Assembly (NCBI RefSeq): GCF_000008465.1
Contig: NC_006512.1
Span: 2,340,001-2,372,000, forward strand
Origin: Idiomarina loihiensis L2TR
GTDB taxonomy: Bacteria > Pseudomonadota > Gammaproteobacteria > Enterobacterales > Alteromonadaceae
DNA length: 32,000 bases
Direction of reading: 5' to 3'
Shown: positions 18,535 to 30,130 of the stretch, one piece after another
Position numbering within the stretch: the stretch's first letter is position 1
How the letters are laid out: each line of letters begins with the position of its first letter
Notes under the pieces: generated by a model
Told to the model about the DNA's origin: nothing
The model's input: only the letters and a program-made list of their open reading frames with translations
Databases searched by the model: none
Translations under genes and position numbers: made by a program

Positions 18535-19806
18535 TTATGCTACGCCGAAAATTGCTTTTAAAATGTAGAAGAAAATAATCGACATAATGGCACCCGCCGG
18601 CAAGGTAACGACCCACGAAATAACGATGTTGCGAACAACACCAAGATTCAGAGCGGCAATACCGCGCGCCATGCCGACACCTAAAACAGCACCTACCAGA
18701 GTTTGCGTGGTTGATATTGGCAACCCGGTACCTGAGGCAAGAACCACGGTTGACGCAGCAGCAAGTTCCGCCGCAAAACCACGACTGGGGGTTAAGTGCG
18801 TAATACCATTACCAATGGTGGCAATAACACGTTTACCCAGCATGGCAAGACCAGCCACAATACCAACAGCGCCTAAAGGTAATACCCACCAGGCTAATGT
18901 CGCTTTACTACCAATATCACCACCGCTGGTAACCACGCTCACTACAGCGGCCAGTGGCCCGATAGCGTTAGCAACGTCGTTTGAACCATGAGCAAAGGCC
19001 ATAGCACAGGCGGTTACTACCATTAATATCGCGAAGACTTTCTCCACGTTGGTGTAGTGCATGTCTTTGTCGTCTGAAGGGTTAAACTTAAGACGTCCAA
19101 TTGCCATCTTACCTATAACAAAGACCAGTACCGCAATACCTAATGCCCACAGGTAACCTTCAATGCTGCCAAGGTTTAACCCTACGTGCTTAAGACCTTT
19201 TTTGATGGTGACCAGCGACAACACAAAACCCGCTAACCCCATATAATAAGGAACATAACGCTTAGCCATTGCTAACGGATTAGAGCGGTCAAAAATGAGC
19301 TTTTGTGCGCTCATAAATATGAGGTAGGCGATGAACCCGGATATAGCCGGAGTGACGACCCAGCTTCCAACGACACCTCCAACTTTCATCCACTGAACCG
19401 ACTCCATGCTAACGCCAACGGCGGAGAAACCAACAATAGCGCCAATAATGGAGTGAGTGGTTGATACCGGCCAGCCCAGATAAGAGGCAATTAAGAGCCA
19501 GAACCCGGCAGCTAGTAACGCCGAAATCATGCCGAACACAAGCAATTCAGGCTGATCGACGAAGTAAGCGGAATCGATAATGCCTTTTCGAATGGTTGAG
19601 GTAACTTCACCACCAGCCAGGTAAGCACCTGCAAACTCAAAAATCATGGCAATAAGAATTGCCTGTTTTATTGTCAGTGCTTTAGAACCAACCGACGTTC
19701 CCATAGCATTGGCAACGTCATTGGCCCCGATACCCCAGGCCATAAAGAAACCGAAAACCGCGGCCATCCCGATAAGCAGGACGCTATAGCTAGAAATAAT
19801 ATCCAT
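18535..19806 (-). CDS. pitA: Inorganic phosphate transporter, PiT family
   Basis: 423-aa polytopic membrane protein with the duplicated PiT signature 'GANDVANAMGTSVGS' / 'GSNDVANAIGPLA'. Confidence 0.9.
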   Translation of the reverse strand: MDIISSYSVLLIGMAAVFGFFMAWGIGANDVANAMGTSVGSKALTIKQAILIAMIFEFAGAYLAGGEVTSTIRKGIIDSAYFVDQPELLVFGMISALLAAGFWLLIASYLGWPVSTTHSIIGAIVGFSAVGVSMESVQWMKVGGVVGSWVVTPAISGFIAYLIFMSAQKLIFDRSNPLAMAKRYVPYYMGLAGFVLSLVTIKKGLKHVGLNLGSIEGYLWALGIAVLVFVIGKMAIGRLKFNPSDDKDMHYTNVEKVFAILMVVTACAMAFAHGSNDVANAIGPLAAVVSVVTSGGDIGSKATLAWWVLPLGAVGIVAGLAMLGKRVIATIGNGITHLTPSRGFAAELAAASTVVLASGTGLPISTTQTLVGAVLGVGMARGIAALNLGVVRNIVISWVVTLPAGAIMSIIFFYILKAIFGVA

Positions 19807-19820
19807 AAATCAGACTCCGC

Positions 19821-20501
19821 TTAGACGCGCGCTAGCATTAGTTCGAAACGTGCACCGACTCGTTCAGCCAGGTCAGCTAAGTCGCCAACCCAGTCAAGAA
19901 TACGGTATAAGAACATCGCATCTACAGGGTTCATATCGAGCTCGATTTTACGTAGATCCTGACGCAGTTTAATTTGAAGTTGATCGGTGTCGGCTTCAAT
20001 GGCATCAAGTTCTATAATGAAGTTATCGACAAGGTCTCGTTCGCGTCCTTTAAAACCAGTTTCCAGCAAGTCATCAAACTCGCCGATGGTTTCGCGGGCT
20101 TTATCGGTCGCATCCAGACAACGGTTTAAGTAAGCATCAAAATCTTTAATCAGTGGTTCCGGGATAATCAACTCACGCCCCGTAACCAGACCGGAGATGT
20201 CTTTGGCTTTATTGGCAATTTTGTCCTGCTGAGAAACCAGCTCAAGCAAGTCCGCTCGCTCTACAGGCATAAATAAGCCACTGGGAAGGTTCAGACGGAT
20301 TTTACGCTTCATATCATCCGCGGTTGATTCGTGTTTTACGATGGTTGCACGAGCCACTTCTGCGCTCTTCCAATCCTTCGAATAAACCGCTTTAAAGAAA
20401 TCTTTAAGCGCATAGGCGCAGCGGTGCACTTCGTCCATGTGCTCAATCATCGGTTTAATAGGGGACTTTGCAAATACCCCAAGAAATGAGTTCACTGACA
20501 T
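19821..20501 (-). CDS. DUF47/TIGR00153-family protein (PhoU-like partner of PiT transporters)
   Basis: 226-aa helical protein immediately upstream of pitA (14-nt gap). The N-terminus 'FLGVFAKSPIKPMIEHMDEV' is typical of the family, and the pairing with PiT is conserved. Confidence 0.8.
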   Translation of the reverse strand: MSVNSFLGVFAKSPIKPMIEHMDEVHRCAYALKDFFKAVYSKDWKSAEVARATIVKHESTADDMKRKIRLNLPSGLFMPVERADLLELVSQQDKIANKAKDISGLVTGRELIIPEPLIKDFDAYLNRCLDATDKARETIGEFDDLLETGFKGRERDLVDNFIIELDAIEADTDQLQIKLRQDLRKIELDMNPVDAMFLYRILDWVGDLADLAERVGARFELMLARV

Positions 20502-20592
20502 AACATTATCCGATTTTTTTCAGCCGATGTTAGCTGCGGCGAATGTTAGCGAAATCTAAAGGTAAAGGGAACCGTAAGATTTGATTAATTCA

Positions 20593-22515
20593 TCACTCGC
20601 TGAACGCCCGTTCTATTTGAGTTCGCTGAGTATCCACTTCAGCTTCCACTTGTCTTAACAACTGGTGTGCGTTGTCCATTTCGTTTACTAATTGCTGTAA
20701 CTGCACTGAGAATCCGTTAACTTTGTCTGTTTGCTGTTCCGCCAACCGAAATGAAGTTTTAGCTTCCTCGGTTGAAGCCTGCGCCTGAGCAGAAACCTCA
20801 TTTGCAGTTTCTACCAAGCGTTCAACGAATTGCTGTTGCGAATGACTTGCCTCGGCAATGTCCTGGTAGCCTTTTTCAATGGAAAGCGATGCGTCCGTCA
20901 GTTGGTTCAGAGAGTCGTTAATACCACCAAGAGAGGACTGTGTTTTCTGCGCCAGCTGCCGGACTTCGTCAGCCACCACTGCAAAACCGCGCCCTTGCTC
21001 GCCCGCTCTGGCAGCTTCAATGGCGGCATTCAGCGCCAGTAAATTGGTTTGATCGGCAATGCCTGAAATAATGGACAGCGCGTCTTTTACCTCTTTTACC
21101 GAATGGTCCAGCTCTTCTGCCGAGCGCTTGGCCGTTTCTATGGCTTTTTCATTTTGCTCTGAGGCGTCTCTCAATTTCAGAATATGCTGGCGGCTCTGCT
21201 TCATTGAGTCCTGGGTATCGAGCGCATTCTTTTCCAGGGTATTGGTGCACTGGTTTAATTCTTCGGTCAACTCGCTCAGTTCAGTAATACCGTGAATAGT
21301 GACCGAAGCGGATGACTGCGTATCGGCAGAGGATTGCACAATCTGCTGCAACTCTTGTATTACCCGCTTCAACGCTTCATTGACCACCGTCATTTGCTGA
21401 GACTTTTCCTCGTCGCTACGCTGAGTCTGTTCGAGAATGCCGTTAAAGAATCGGGCTATCTCTGCCATCTCGGTATCGCGATCGGCGTTGGGTAAATAAT
21501 TGAGCTCCTGCTTAACCAGTAAAGTTTCCATGGCGTCGCGTAAGCTTCGCAGAGGAGTCAGAACCATGCGTTTAAGTAACACAAAGTTCAGTATTGCAAA
21601 CACCAATAGCACAGCCACCAAGGCTACAAGACTCAGCTTCATCTGCATCAGGCTGGCTTGCTGGTCTTTCAAGAGACTCTGCTCTACCTTTACCGCCAGC
21701 GACTGAATGTTGGCAATGTCATCGGAGATTGAAGCAAAGGCTTCACGTCTCGACTGAATAAGCTGTAATGTAGAGGACAGCTCTTTTGGGTACCGCTGAA
21801 TTAAGCTGTTCATTTCTGAAATGATTTTCGGCCCCAGCTCTTTGGCTTCTCGCGGTACCAGCATCATTGACTGGTCGGGCAGCTCTTCTTTTACACCTAG
21901 CTTGGGTAATTGCTGCAGCCGGGCAATTTCTTTTTGCATAGCGGTAAGCACTTGCTCCAGTGCCTGCTCCTCGGCCTCACCATTAGATAAACGTTCCCGC
22001 GTATGTACCAGGTCGGCAATTAATAATACTAAGTCGCTACCGATACTTTGGTAACTTTCGGCAGCTGCAGGGTTATTGCTGCTGCCTTTTTGCACGTAGT
22101 CAAACAAACGAGATAATTCGTTAAATAAAGACCGCTCGGCATTAACCAGCAAAGCAGCCTCCTGGCCGGAGAGTTTACCTATGGCGCGATAGTCATCAGA
22201 AATTCTGCTACGGATATTATCCAGCTGTTCCTGCATAACCGAAGTGGAGGTTAAGTTCAGCGTATCGAGCTGAGCGTTCACTTCATTGACCGAGGCCTCG
22301 GCTTGATTCAATAAAAGCGCATTCCCCGATTGCAGATAACCACTGAGCTCGGTTACCACTTCAACCATGAGTTTCTCTTTTATCGATGAATAAATATTCT
22401 GCTGTTGTTCAAAGTGCTGTAATTGACTATTAGCCCAAATAAGCACTGACAAAAACACTAACGATAAGCCCAGCAAAGAAAACGACGAAACACGACTAAA
22501 GGTTGAAACGCGCAT
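20593..22515 (-). CDS. Methyl-accepting chemotaxis protein
   Basis: 640 aa. It has two TM segments flanking a ~270-aa periplasmic domain, a HAMP region, and the signalling hairpin '[40 protein letters not shown]'. Confidence 0.9.
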   Translation of the reverse strand: MRVSTFSRVSSFSLLGLSLVFLSVLIWANSQLQHFEQQQNIYSSIKEKLMVEVVTELSGYLQSGNALLLNQAEASVNEVNAQLDTLNLTSTSVMQEQLDNIRSRISDDYRAIGKLSGQEAALLVNAERSLFNELSRLFDYVQKGSSNNPAAAESYQSIGSDLVLLIADLVHTRERLSNGEAEEQALEQVLTAMQKEIARLQQLPKLGVKEELPDQSMMLVPREAKELGPKIISEMNSLIQRYPKELSSTLQLIQSRREAFASISDDIANIQSLAVKVEQSLLKDQQASLMQMKLSLVALVAVLLVFAILNFVLLKRMVLTPLRSLRDAMETLLVKQELNYLPNADRDTEMAEIARFFNGILEQTQRSDEEKSQQMTVVNEALKRVIQELQQIVQSSADTQSSASVTIHGITELSELTEELNQCTNTLEKNALDTQDSMKQSRQHILKLRDASEQNEKAIETAKRSAEELDHSVKEVKDALSIISGIADQTNLLALNAAIEAARAGEQGRGFAVVADEVRQLAQKTQSSLGGINDSLNQLTDASLSIEKGYQDIAEASHSQQQFVERLVETANEVSAQAQASTEEAKTSFRLAEQQTDKVNGFSVQLQQLVNEMDNAHQLLRQVEAEVDTQRTQIERAFSE

Positions 22516-22571
22516 AAATAAGCCCAGTTGGTATCACCCGGACAGCTTAAGACGTTTTTATGACAGCTTAA

Positions 22572-22599
22572 TGAAAAAAGCCGCGACAATTGCCGCGGC
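22572..22599 (-). terminator. Rho-independent terminator after the DUF481 gene
   Basis: The minus strand reads AGCCGCG-gcaattgt-CGCGGCT followed by UUUUUUC, i.e. a 7-bp GC stem plus a U-tract, 35 nt after the stop codon. Confidence 0.75.
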
Positions 22600-22633
22600 T
22601 CTGAGGTTTCTCGAGGTATAGAACGCTGTTTTC

Positions 22634-23419
22634 TTAGAAAGAATAAACCAGTGTAACGGCCGTTTCTGTATCGAGCTTCTCAATACTCTCATCAGCAACA
22701 TGAGAGTTGTGATTCGCACCCAGAGACACTTTCATAGCCAACGCGCTGTTAATGTTCGCTGACACTGACAGTTCGGCTTTGCTCTTCGTGTTGTCTTCAC
22801 CAACTTCAGACGACAGTAAAGCACTGAAACGCGAGTTTTCACTGATTTTCCAGTTTAAGCTACCGGCTAAACGCAGAATCATTGAGCCATCGGATTCAAC
22901 CGGTGGTTCACCTTCAACCTGCACAGGTTTGGTGCGTGAATAACCCGGACCAATTTCGTAATCAGCGTAAATGTCTTCGTCGTAACGATAACGAGCACCA
23001 TAACCCGTTGCGACAGTAGCTTGATAAGCAAAGCCACTGAATTCATCTTCTTCGTATGAACCGAAGACAAACAATGAATCGCGACTGTCAGGATCAAACT
23101 TATAGTTGCTCTGCGCCGAAATAAATATCCGGTCTGCAGTTTCGTTCATTTCACCTGTATCCTGATCTTTCTGCTCAGAGGTGTAATAATCGAATACGCC
23201 TTTATGGCGCCAGTTCTGCACGTCCCGCGATGCGGTAAACTTGCCTTTAAGACTTTCTGTTTCAGTGTTACCTGAGGTGTAAAGCAGGCCGAATTCGGCA
23301 CTGGCTTCCCACTCTTCTACGGTTTCAGTATCAATGTCGTCAGCATCGTCAAACATAAACGTTTGCGCACTTGCTGCGACCGGTAAAAACAAACTAGCGA
23401 ATAATAAAGAAAGTCGCAC
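22634..23419 (-). CDS. DUF481-family (YdiY-like) outer-membrane beta-barrel protein
   Basis: It has the signal peptide 'MRLSLLFASLFLPVAASAQ', the family signature 'WEASAEFGLLYTSGNTETESLKGKF......WRHKG', alternating beta-strand pattern and a C-terminal aromatic residue (..VYSF). Confidence 0.8.
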   Translation of the reverse strand: MRLSLLFASLFLPVAASAQTFMFDDADDIDTETVEEWEASAEFGLLYTSGNTETESLKGKFTASRDVQNWRHKGVFDYYTSEQKDQDTGEMNETADRIFISAQSNYKFDPDSRDSLFVFGSYEEDEFSGFAYQATVATGYGARYRYDEDIYADYEIGPGYSRTKPVQVEGEPPVESDGSMILRLAGSLNWKISENSRFSALLSSEVGEDNTKSKAELSVSANINSALAMKVSLGANHNSHVADESIEKLDTETAVTLVYSF

Positions 23420-23456
23420 ACTAACCTCGTATCTGTATCTTTTATAAAGTTCTTAA

Positions 23457-24521
23457 TTACTTAACTATGGCGTCTAATTCGCCGTTTTCGTAACGTTGGA
23501 ACATTGTTTCTAAATTAATTGGCTTTATTTTACTCGCCATACCCGCGCAGCCAAAGGCTTCGTAGCGCGCGCGACAAATATCTTCCATCGCTTTGGTTGC
23601 CGCGGTAAAGAATTTGCGCGGATCAAAGTTTGACGGGTTCTCCGCCAAATGACGACGAATAGCACCGGTTGAAGCCAGGCGTAAATCGGTATCAATGTTC
23701 ACTTTGCGCACGCCGTGTTTAATACCTTCCTGAATTTGCTCAACTGGCACACCATAAGTTTCCGGAATTTCGCCGCCAAATTCGTTAATAATTTTCAGCC
23801 ATTCCTGCGGTACAGATGATGAGCCATGCATAACTAAGTGTGTACCCGGAATGCGACGATGAATCTCTTTAATGCGGTCAATGGCTAAAATATCGCCTGT
23901 TGGTGGACGAGTAAACTTGTAAGCACCGTGTGACGTACCGCAGGCAATTGCCAGCGCGTCAACGTTGGTGGCTTTAACAAATTCCGCCGCTTCTTCAGGG
24001 TCGGTCAGCAGTTGTTCGTGTGACAACTTACCTTCAGCACCAACACCGTCTTCTTCACCAGCTTCACCGGTTTCCAGTGAGCCCAGACAACCCAGCTCAC
24101 CTTCAACAGAAACACCACAAGCGTGTGCCATTCCTACGGTTTGTCTGGTTACTTTTACATTGTAATCGTACTCTGCAGGCGTTTTGCCATCGTCCAGCAA
24201 TGAGCCATCCATCATTACCGAGCTAAAGCCCAGTTGGATAGAACGCTGACATACCGCCGGAGAAGTACCGTGATCCTGGTGAACAACCACCGGAATATGG
24301 GGCCATTCTTCAACCGCAGCCTGAATTAAGTGGCGCAGGAATGGTGCACCGGCGTACTTACGAGCACCAGCTGAGGCCTGCACGATAACCGGGCTGTCAG
24401 TGGCATCGGCGGCTTGCATAATTGCGCGCATTTGCTCTAAGTTGTTGACGTTAAACGCCGGTACGCCGTAATCGTGTTCTGCGGCATGGTCTAGTAACTG
24501 TCGTAATGACACCAGGGCCAT
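23457..24521 (-). CDS. fba: Class II fructose-1,6-bisphosphate aldolase (Pseudomonas/CbbA-like subtype)
   Basis: 354 aa. '[40 protein letters not shown]' and '[11 protein letters not shown]' match the subtype. It is the last gene of the tkt-epd-pgk-fba cluster. Confidence 0.95.
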   Translation of the reverse strand: MALVSLRQLLDHAAEHDYGVPAFNVNNLEQMRAIMQAADATDSPVIVQASAGARKYAGAPFLRHLIQAAVEEWPHIPVVVHQDHGTSPAVCQRSIQLGFSSVMMDGSLLDDGKTPAEYDYNVKVTRQTVGMAHACGVSVEGELGCLGSLETGEAGEEDGVGAEGKLSHEQLLTDPEEAAEFVKATNVDALAIACGTSHGAYKFTRPPTGDILAIDRIKEIHRRIPGTHLVMHGSSSVPQEWLKIINEFGGEIPETYGVPVEQIQEGIKHGVRKVNIDTDLRLASTGAIRRHLAENPSNFDPRKFFTAATKAMEDICRARYEAFGCAGMASKIKPINLETMFQRYENGELDAIVK

Positions 24522-24551
24522 AAAAATACTCCTTAATTAAAAAACTTGTGT

Positions 24552-25733
24552 TCAGGCGTCGTTAGCCCGTTCTTGTAAAATAGCAACGGCTGGTAATGTT
24601 TTACCTTCGAGGAATTCAAGGAATGCCCCACCACCTGTCGAGATATAACTAATCTTATCAGCGATAGCGTATTGATCAATTGCTGCTAAAGTGTCGCCAC
24701 CTCCGGCAATTGAAAACGCATCGCTTTGCGCAATCGCTTCGGCTATGGTTTTTGTACCATGCCCAAATTGCTCAAATTCAAAAACACCTACCGGCCCGTT
24801 CCAGACAATGGTTCCTGCGTTTTTCAGCATAGCCGCTAATTGCTCTGCGGTGTCAGGGCCAATATCAAAAATCATATCGTCGTCAGCAACAGCATTAACG
24901 GCTTTAGTTTCTGCCTTGGCTTCTGCGCTGAACTCTTTACCTGTTACTACATCGACAGGTAATGGAATGTCGCCGCCTTTAGCTTTTGCCTGCGCCATTA
25001 AACGGTTAGCTTCGTCGGTTAAGTCCGCTTCGTAAAGCGACTTACCCACATTATGGCCTGCCGCCGCAACAAAAGTGTTCGCAATACCGCCGCCCACAAT
25101 TAACTGGTCAACAACACCGGACAAGGACTCTAATACCGTCAGTTTTGTCGATACTTTAGAACCACCGACAATAGCCACTAACGGGCGCTTCGGATTTTCC
25201 AGTGCTTTGCCTAAAGCTTCTAATTCGCCGGCCAGCAAAGGCCCTGCGCAGGCAACGGGGGCGTATTTAGCCACACCATGAGTGGATGCCTGAGCACGAT
25301 GTGCGGTACCAAACGCGTCCATTACATAGACATCACATAAGCTGGCTAATTTTTTAGCAAGCTCGTCATTATTCTTCTTTTCGCCAACATTAAAGCGGAC
25401 ATTCTCAAAAACTACCAGTTCTCCGGCCTTTAGTTCAATACCGTCGAGGTAGTCTTTACATAAGCGTACCGGGCAATCCAGCACTTCTTGTAAGTAATCA
25501 ACAACGGGTTGCAGCGAAAACTCTTCGTCGTACTCGCCTTCAGTTGGACGACCCAGATGAGACATTACCATGACTTTAGCGCCAGCTTTCAACGCTTGCT
25601 GAATGCTGGGCAGTGCGGCTTTTAAACGCGCGTCGGAAGTGACTTTTCCGTTTTTAACCGGAACGTTTAAATCTTCCCGAATAAGTACTCGCTTGTTACT
25701 TAAATCCAAATCAGTCATAGCAATGACAGACAT
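24552..25733 (-). CDS. pgk: Phosphoglycerate kinase
   Basis: 393 aa. '[26 protein letters not shown]' closely parallels E. coli Pgk '[26 protein letters not shown]'. '[19 protein letters not shown]' lies at the C-terminus. Confidence 0.97.
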   Translation of the reverse strand: MSVIAMTDLDLSNKRVLIREDLNVPVKNGKVTSDARLKAALPSIQQALKAGAKVMVMSHLGRPTEGEYDEEFSLQPVVDYLQEVLDCPVRLCKDYLDGIELKAGELVVFENVRFNVGEKKNNDELAKKLASLCDVYVMDAFGTAHRAQASTHGVAKYAPVACAGPLLAGELEALGKALENPKRPLVAIVGGSKVSTKLTVLESLSGVVDQLIVGGGIANTFVAAAGHNVGKSLYEADLTDEANRLMAQAKAKGGDIPLPVDVVTGKEFSAEAKAETKAVNAVADDDMIFDIGPDTAEQLAAMLKNAGTIVWNGPVGVFEFEQFGHGTKTIAEAIAQSDAFSIAGGGDTLAAIDQYAIADKISYISTGGGAFLEFLEGKTLPAVAILQERANDA

Positions 25734-25751
25734 GCGATATCCTCTCTAAGC

Positions 25752-26777
25752 TTAATGTTCTGTTTGTTCAGCCATCGTTTTTGCTGTGTCCAGCAAGCGA
25801 TTCGCAAAACCCCATTCGTTGTCGCACCAGCACAGCAGCTTAACCAGCCGCTTGTGACTAACACGGGTTTGCGTGCCATCAACAATGGATGAATGTGGGT
25901 CATGGTTAAAATCTATTGAGACTAAAGGCTCTTCGGTGTAATCCAGTATACCCGCCAGCTGCCGCTCGCTCTGCTCACGTAAAACCTGATTAATTTGCTC
26001 AATAGTGGCGTCGCTGTTTAACGTAACGCTTAAATCCATAGCTGTAACATTGGTCGTAGGCACGCGTACGGCTATGGCCTCGAACCGCCCTTCTAAGTGC
26101 GGCAGTATTCGTTCAATACCGCGCGCCAAACGGGTATCCACCGGAATAATAGAACGTCCGGCGGCACGAGTCCGTCTCAAGTCAGGATGGTATGCATCAA
26201 TAACCTGCTGGTCGTGCATAGCCGAGTGAATGGTTGTAATAGCACCGGAGTCTATTCCGAAAGCATCGTCCAGTACTTTAATGACCGGCACAATGCAGTT
26301 TGTTGTGCAGGAGCCATTCGACACCACTTTATGGTCAACGGTGAGTTCTTTTTCATTCACGCCATAAATTGCGGTGAAATCGACGTCCGGCTTGCCGGGA
26401 TGAGAAAACAACACTCGTTTTACGCCTTGCTGCAGATAAAGCTGACCGTCGGCCTGACTGCCAAATACACCGGTACAATCAACAACAAAATCGACCTCAT
26501 GAGCGCGCCAGTCAATGGCTTCAATCTCGGTCTGATGAGTTAAAGCAATATTGTCTCCGGCAACCGTCAGCGCATCGCCCGACTGTGTTACCTTTTCTCC
26601 AAAACGACCGTGGCTTGAGTCGTATTTAAGCAAATGCGCTATCGCTTCCGACGCCGCAGGTTCGTTAATAAGCACTACCTGTACGCTGTCGCGATAGCCG
26701 TTTTCGTATAGCGCACGCAAAAAGCTCCGGCCAATGCGGCCGAAACCATTAATCGCAATACGAGCCGGTTCGCTCAT
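25752..26777 (-). CDS. epd: D-erythrose-4-phosphate dehydrogenase (GapA paralogue)
   Basis: 341 aa. '[30 protein letters not shown]' and '[18 protein letters not shown]...[11 protein letters not shown]' match Epd-specific blocks rather than GapA. It follows the epd-pgk-fba synteny. Confidence 0.85.
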   Translation of the reverse strand: MSEPARIAINGFGRIGRSFLRALYENGYRDSVQVVLINEPAASEAIAHLLKYDSSHGRFGEKVTQSGDALTVAGDNIALTHQTEIEAIDWRAHEVDFVVDCTGVFGSQADGQLYLQQGVKRVLFSHPGKPDVDFTAIYGVNEKELTVDHKVVSNGSCTTNCIVPVIKVLDDAFGIDSGAITTIHSAMHDQQVIDAYHPDLRRTRAAGRSIIPVDTRLARGIERILPHLEGRFEAIAVRVPTTNVTAMDLSVTLNSDATIEQINQVLREQSERQLAGILDYTEEPLVSIDFNHDPHSSIVDGTQTRVSHKRLVKLLCWCDNEWGFANRLLDTAKTMAEQTEH

Positions 26778-28778
26778 TTAAGCTCCCAACAAACGTTTAG
26801 CGGCAGCCACGGTGTTTTCTGTAGTAATGCCAAAGTGTTTGTATAAGTCGCCGGCCGGAGCAGATTCACCAAAGGTTGTCATGCCAACGACTTCACCATT
26901 AAGCCCAACGTATTTGTACCAGAAGTCGGCAATACCGGCTTCAACGGCAACGCGGCGAGTCACGCTGGATGGCAACACCGACTCTTTGTATTCAGCATCC
27001 TGAATATCAAACACATTGGTCGACGGCATAGAAACAACGCGCACCTTGTGCCCCTCTTCAGTCAGTTGCTCAAAGGCGTTAACGGCTAAGTCAACTTCAG
27101 AACCTGTCGCAATTAAAATAACGTCCGGCTCGCCGTCACTGTCTTTCAGCACATAACCACCACGGGCAATGTTCGTTAACTGGTCGTCATTGCGCTCTTG
27201 CTGCTGCATGCCCTGACGGCTGAACACTAACGCCGAAGGGGTTTTACTGCTTTGTACTGCGGCTCCCCAGGCTACGGCTGTTTCAACCTGGTCGCACGGA
27301 CGCCAGCACTGTAAATTCGGGGTTTGACGTAAGTTAGCCAGTTGCTCGACCGGCTGGTGCGTCGGCCCGTCTTCACCCAAGCCTATAGAGTCGTGAGTGT
27401 AAACAAAAATACTGGGCTGCTTCATAAGCGCAGACATACGCACGGCGTTGCGCGCGTATTCCATAAACATCAGGAAGGTAGCGCCATAGGCTTTAAAGCC
27501 GCCGTGCAAAGTAACGCCATTCATTATGGCAGACATGCCAAACTCGCGGACTCCGTAGAACACATAGTTACCACTGGCGTCATCGGCAGTAATACCTTTT
27601 GCGTCGTTCCATAAGGTTAAGTTTGAGCCAGCTAAGTCGGCGGAGCCGCCTAGCAGTTCCGGTAGTTTAGGACCGAATTCATTCAGTACGTTCAGTGAGG
27701 CTTTACGAGTCGCTACCGCTTCAGGGCTGCTCTGTAACTGCTTCGCGTAATTGTGCACCGTATTCTCAAATCCTTCAGGCAGTTCGCCGTTTAAGCGACG
27801 CTTCAGTTCTTTTGCCAGCTGCGGATATTCCTGCTCATACGCAACCCAGCGCTTATTCCAGGAGGACTCAACTGCTGCGCCTTTATCCACCGCAGACCAT
27901 TTTTGGTAAACATCGGCCGGTACTTCAAAGGCTTGGTGCGGCCAGTTCAATTGCTTACGCGCAGCAACAATTTCGTCGTCACCCAGCGGGGCTCCATGGC
28001 AGCTTTCAGAACCTTGTTTGTTCGGTGCGCCATAGCCAATTACCGTTTTGCAGATAATAAGAGTCGGTTTGTCGTCATTCGCACGGGCTTCATCAATCGC
28101 ACGGGTTATGGCAGCTGAATCGTGTCCATCAACTTTATTAATTACGTGCCAGCCGTAAGACTCAAAACGTTTTGCGGTATCGTCGGTAAACCAACCTTCT
28201 ACTTCGCCGTCAATGGAAATGCCGTTGTCATCGTAAAAGGCAATGAGCTTACCTAAGCCTAAAGTGCCGGCCAGAGAGCAAACTTCGTGCGAAATGCCTT
28301 CCATCAAACAGCCGTCGCCCAGGAAAGTGTAGGTGTGGTGATCAACAATTTCATGGTTGTCGCGGTTAAATTGCGCAGCCAGTACTTTCTCGGCCAGCGC
28401 CATACCCACGGCATTTGCAAGTCCCTGGCCCAGCGGCCCGGTAGTGGTTTCAATACCAGGGGTATAGCCGTATTCAGGGTGACCCGGGGTTTTTGAGTCT
28501 AACTGACGGAATTGTTTAATGTCTTCAATGCTCAGATCATAACCAGACAGGTGCAATAAGGAGTAAATTAGCATTGACCCGTGTCCGTTCGATAACACAA
28601 AACGGTCGCGATCGGCCCAGCCTGGGTTATGAGGGTTATGTTTTAAATAATCACGCCAGAGAACTTCTGCGATATCCGCCATACCCATGGGTGCTCCGGG
28701 GTGGCCTGATTTGGCTTTCTGAACCGCATCCATACTAAGCGCACGGATGGCATTGGCGAGATATTGACGTTCTGACAT
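26778..28778 (-). CDS. tkt: Transketolase
   Basis: '[37 protein letters not shown]' is the canonical Tkt N-terminus. The ORF is open to 28829, but the Met at 28778 follows AGGGGG-N6. Its stop codon abuts the epd start codon (TAA then ATG). Confidence 0.95.
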   Translation of the reverse strand: MSERQYLANAIRALSMDAVQKAKSGHPGAPMGMADIAEVLWRDYLKHNPHNPGWADRDRFVLSNGHGSMLIYSLLHLSGYDLSIEDIKQFRQLDSKTPGHPEYGYTPGIETTTGPLGQGLANAVGMALAEKVLAAQFNRDNHEIVDHHTYTFLGDGCLMEGISHEVCSLAGTLGLGKLIAFYDDNGISIDGEVEGWFTDDTAKRFESYGWHVINKVDGHDSAAITRAIDEARANDDKPTLIICKTVIGYGAPNKQGSESCHGAPLGDDEIVAARKQLNWPHQAFEVPADVYQKWSAVDKGAAVESSWNKRWVAYEQEYPQLAKELKRRLNGELPEGFENTVHNYAKQLQSSPEAVATRKASLNVLNEFGPKLPELLGGSADLAGSNLTLWNDAKGITADDASGNYVFYGVREFGMSAIMNGVTLHGGFKAYGATFLMFMEYARNAVRMSALMKQPSIFVYTHDSIGLGEDGPTHQPVEQLANLRQTPNLQCWRPCDQVETAVAWGAAVQSSKTPSALVFSRQGMQQQERNDDQLTNIARGGYVLKDSDGEPDVILIATGSEVDLAVNAFEQLTEEGHKVRVVSMPSTNVFDIQDAEYKESVLPSSVTRRVAVEAGIADFWYKYVGLNGEVVGMTTFGESAPAGDLYKHFGITTENTVAAAKRLLGA

Positions 28779-28869
28779 GAAAAACCCCCTGGAAGATGAA
28801 GAGCAACTTGCGATGCGCGTATTCTCCACATTTCAGGGGGTACAAGCAAATTTATAGGCAATATTTTGT

Positions 28870-30015
28870 TTAAATATCAGCCTGTAAATCGGCAGCTTTG
28901 TCAGTTTGTTCCCACGGCAGGTTATCCCGGCCAAAATGCCCGTATGCCGCTGTCTGTTTATAGATTGGGCGTTCCAGGTCAAGCATTTTGATTAATCCGT
29001 ATGGGCGCAAGTCAAAATGACGACGCACCAGCGCAATTAATTGCTCTTCTGAGTGCTTAGACGTACCGAAGGTATCGATGCTAATTGAAGTTGGCTCTGC
29101 CACACCAATGGCGTAAGAAATTTGCAGCTCGCAACGTTCAGCCAGACCAGCAGCGACCAGGTTCTTAGCAACATAACGCGCTGCATAAGCGGCACTGCGG
29201 TCAACTTTTGACGGGTCTTTACCCGAGAAGGCACCACCGCCATGACGCGCCATACCGCCATAGGTATCGACAATAATCTTACGTCCGGTCAGCCCGCAGT
29301 CACCCATAGGGCCGCCAACCACAAAGCGACCGGTTGGGTTAATGTGAAACTGCGTGTCTTTTGAAACCCACTGTTCCGGCAATACAGGCTTGATAATTTC
29401 TTCCATCACCGCTTCGCGCAACGTTTCCTGAGTAATGTCTTCTCGGTGCTGAGTAGAGAGCACGACCGTATCAATGGCAACAGGCTTACCGTTTTCATAA
29501 ACGAAGGTCAGCTGACTTTTTGCGTCCGGACGCAACCAGTCCAGTGTGCCGTTATTGCGTACTTCCGACTGGCGCTGCATAACCCGGTGCGCGTAAGTAA
29601 TAGGAGCAGGCATTAAAACTGAGGTTTCGTTTGAGGCATAACCAAACATTAAGCCCTGATCACCGGCCCCCTGCTCTTCCGGGTTAGCACGGTCAACGCC
29701 CTGATTGATATCACCACTTTGCTTACCAATGGCATTTAAGACAGCACACGAAGCACCATCAAAACCCATATCAGAGTGTCGGTAACCAATATCTTTTACG
29801 GTTTGACGCGCCAAGTCTTCAACATCAACCCAGGCCTTTGTCGAAATTTCACCACCAACCAGTACCATGCCGGTTTTCACGTAGGTTTCACAAGCAACAC
29901 GGGCTTTAGGATCTTTTGCTAAAATTGCGTCTAAAACTGCATCGGATATCTGGTCGGCAATTTTGTCCGGATGCCCTTCGGACACTGACTCTGAGGTAAA
30001 CAGGTGACGTGACAT
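28870..30015 (-). CDS. metK: S-adenosylmethionine synthetase
   Basis: 381 aa. '[28 protein letters not shown]', '[12 protein letters not shown]' and '[23 protein letters not shown]' are diagnostic. Confidence 0.97.
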
Positions 30016-30130
30016 ATGCCCACTATTCCTTAATTTTAATGAAATCGTTTAATACTGGTTGCATAATGTAACCGATCACTCTGTTTTTTTCTACTTCTGG
30101 ACGTCTAAAAGTCCGAATAAGGCTGACGAC

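Noticed and set aside
25715-25903. 62-aa minus-strand ORF spanning the epd/pgk junction
   Set aside because: It overlaps both strongly supported genes out of frame, so it is an ORF-caller artefact.
28779-28829. 17-codon N-terminal extension of transketolase in the ORF track ([17 protein letters not shown])
   Set aside because: The canonical Tkt N-terminus begins at the internal Met (28778), which has an SD-like AGGGGG upstream. The extension covers the metK-tkt spacer structure.
30059-30130. 24-codon N-terminal extension of rsmE in the ORF track
   Set aside because: RsmE proteins begin 'MR(I/V)PR(I/F)Y', and the ATG at 30131 gives exactly that. The extension would start only 43 nt from the divergent metK start.
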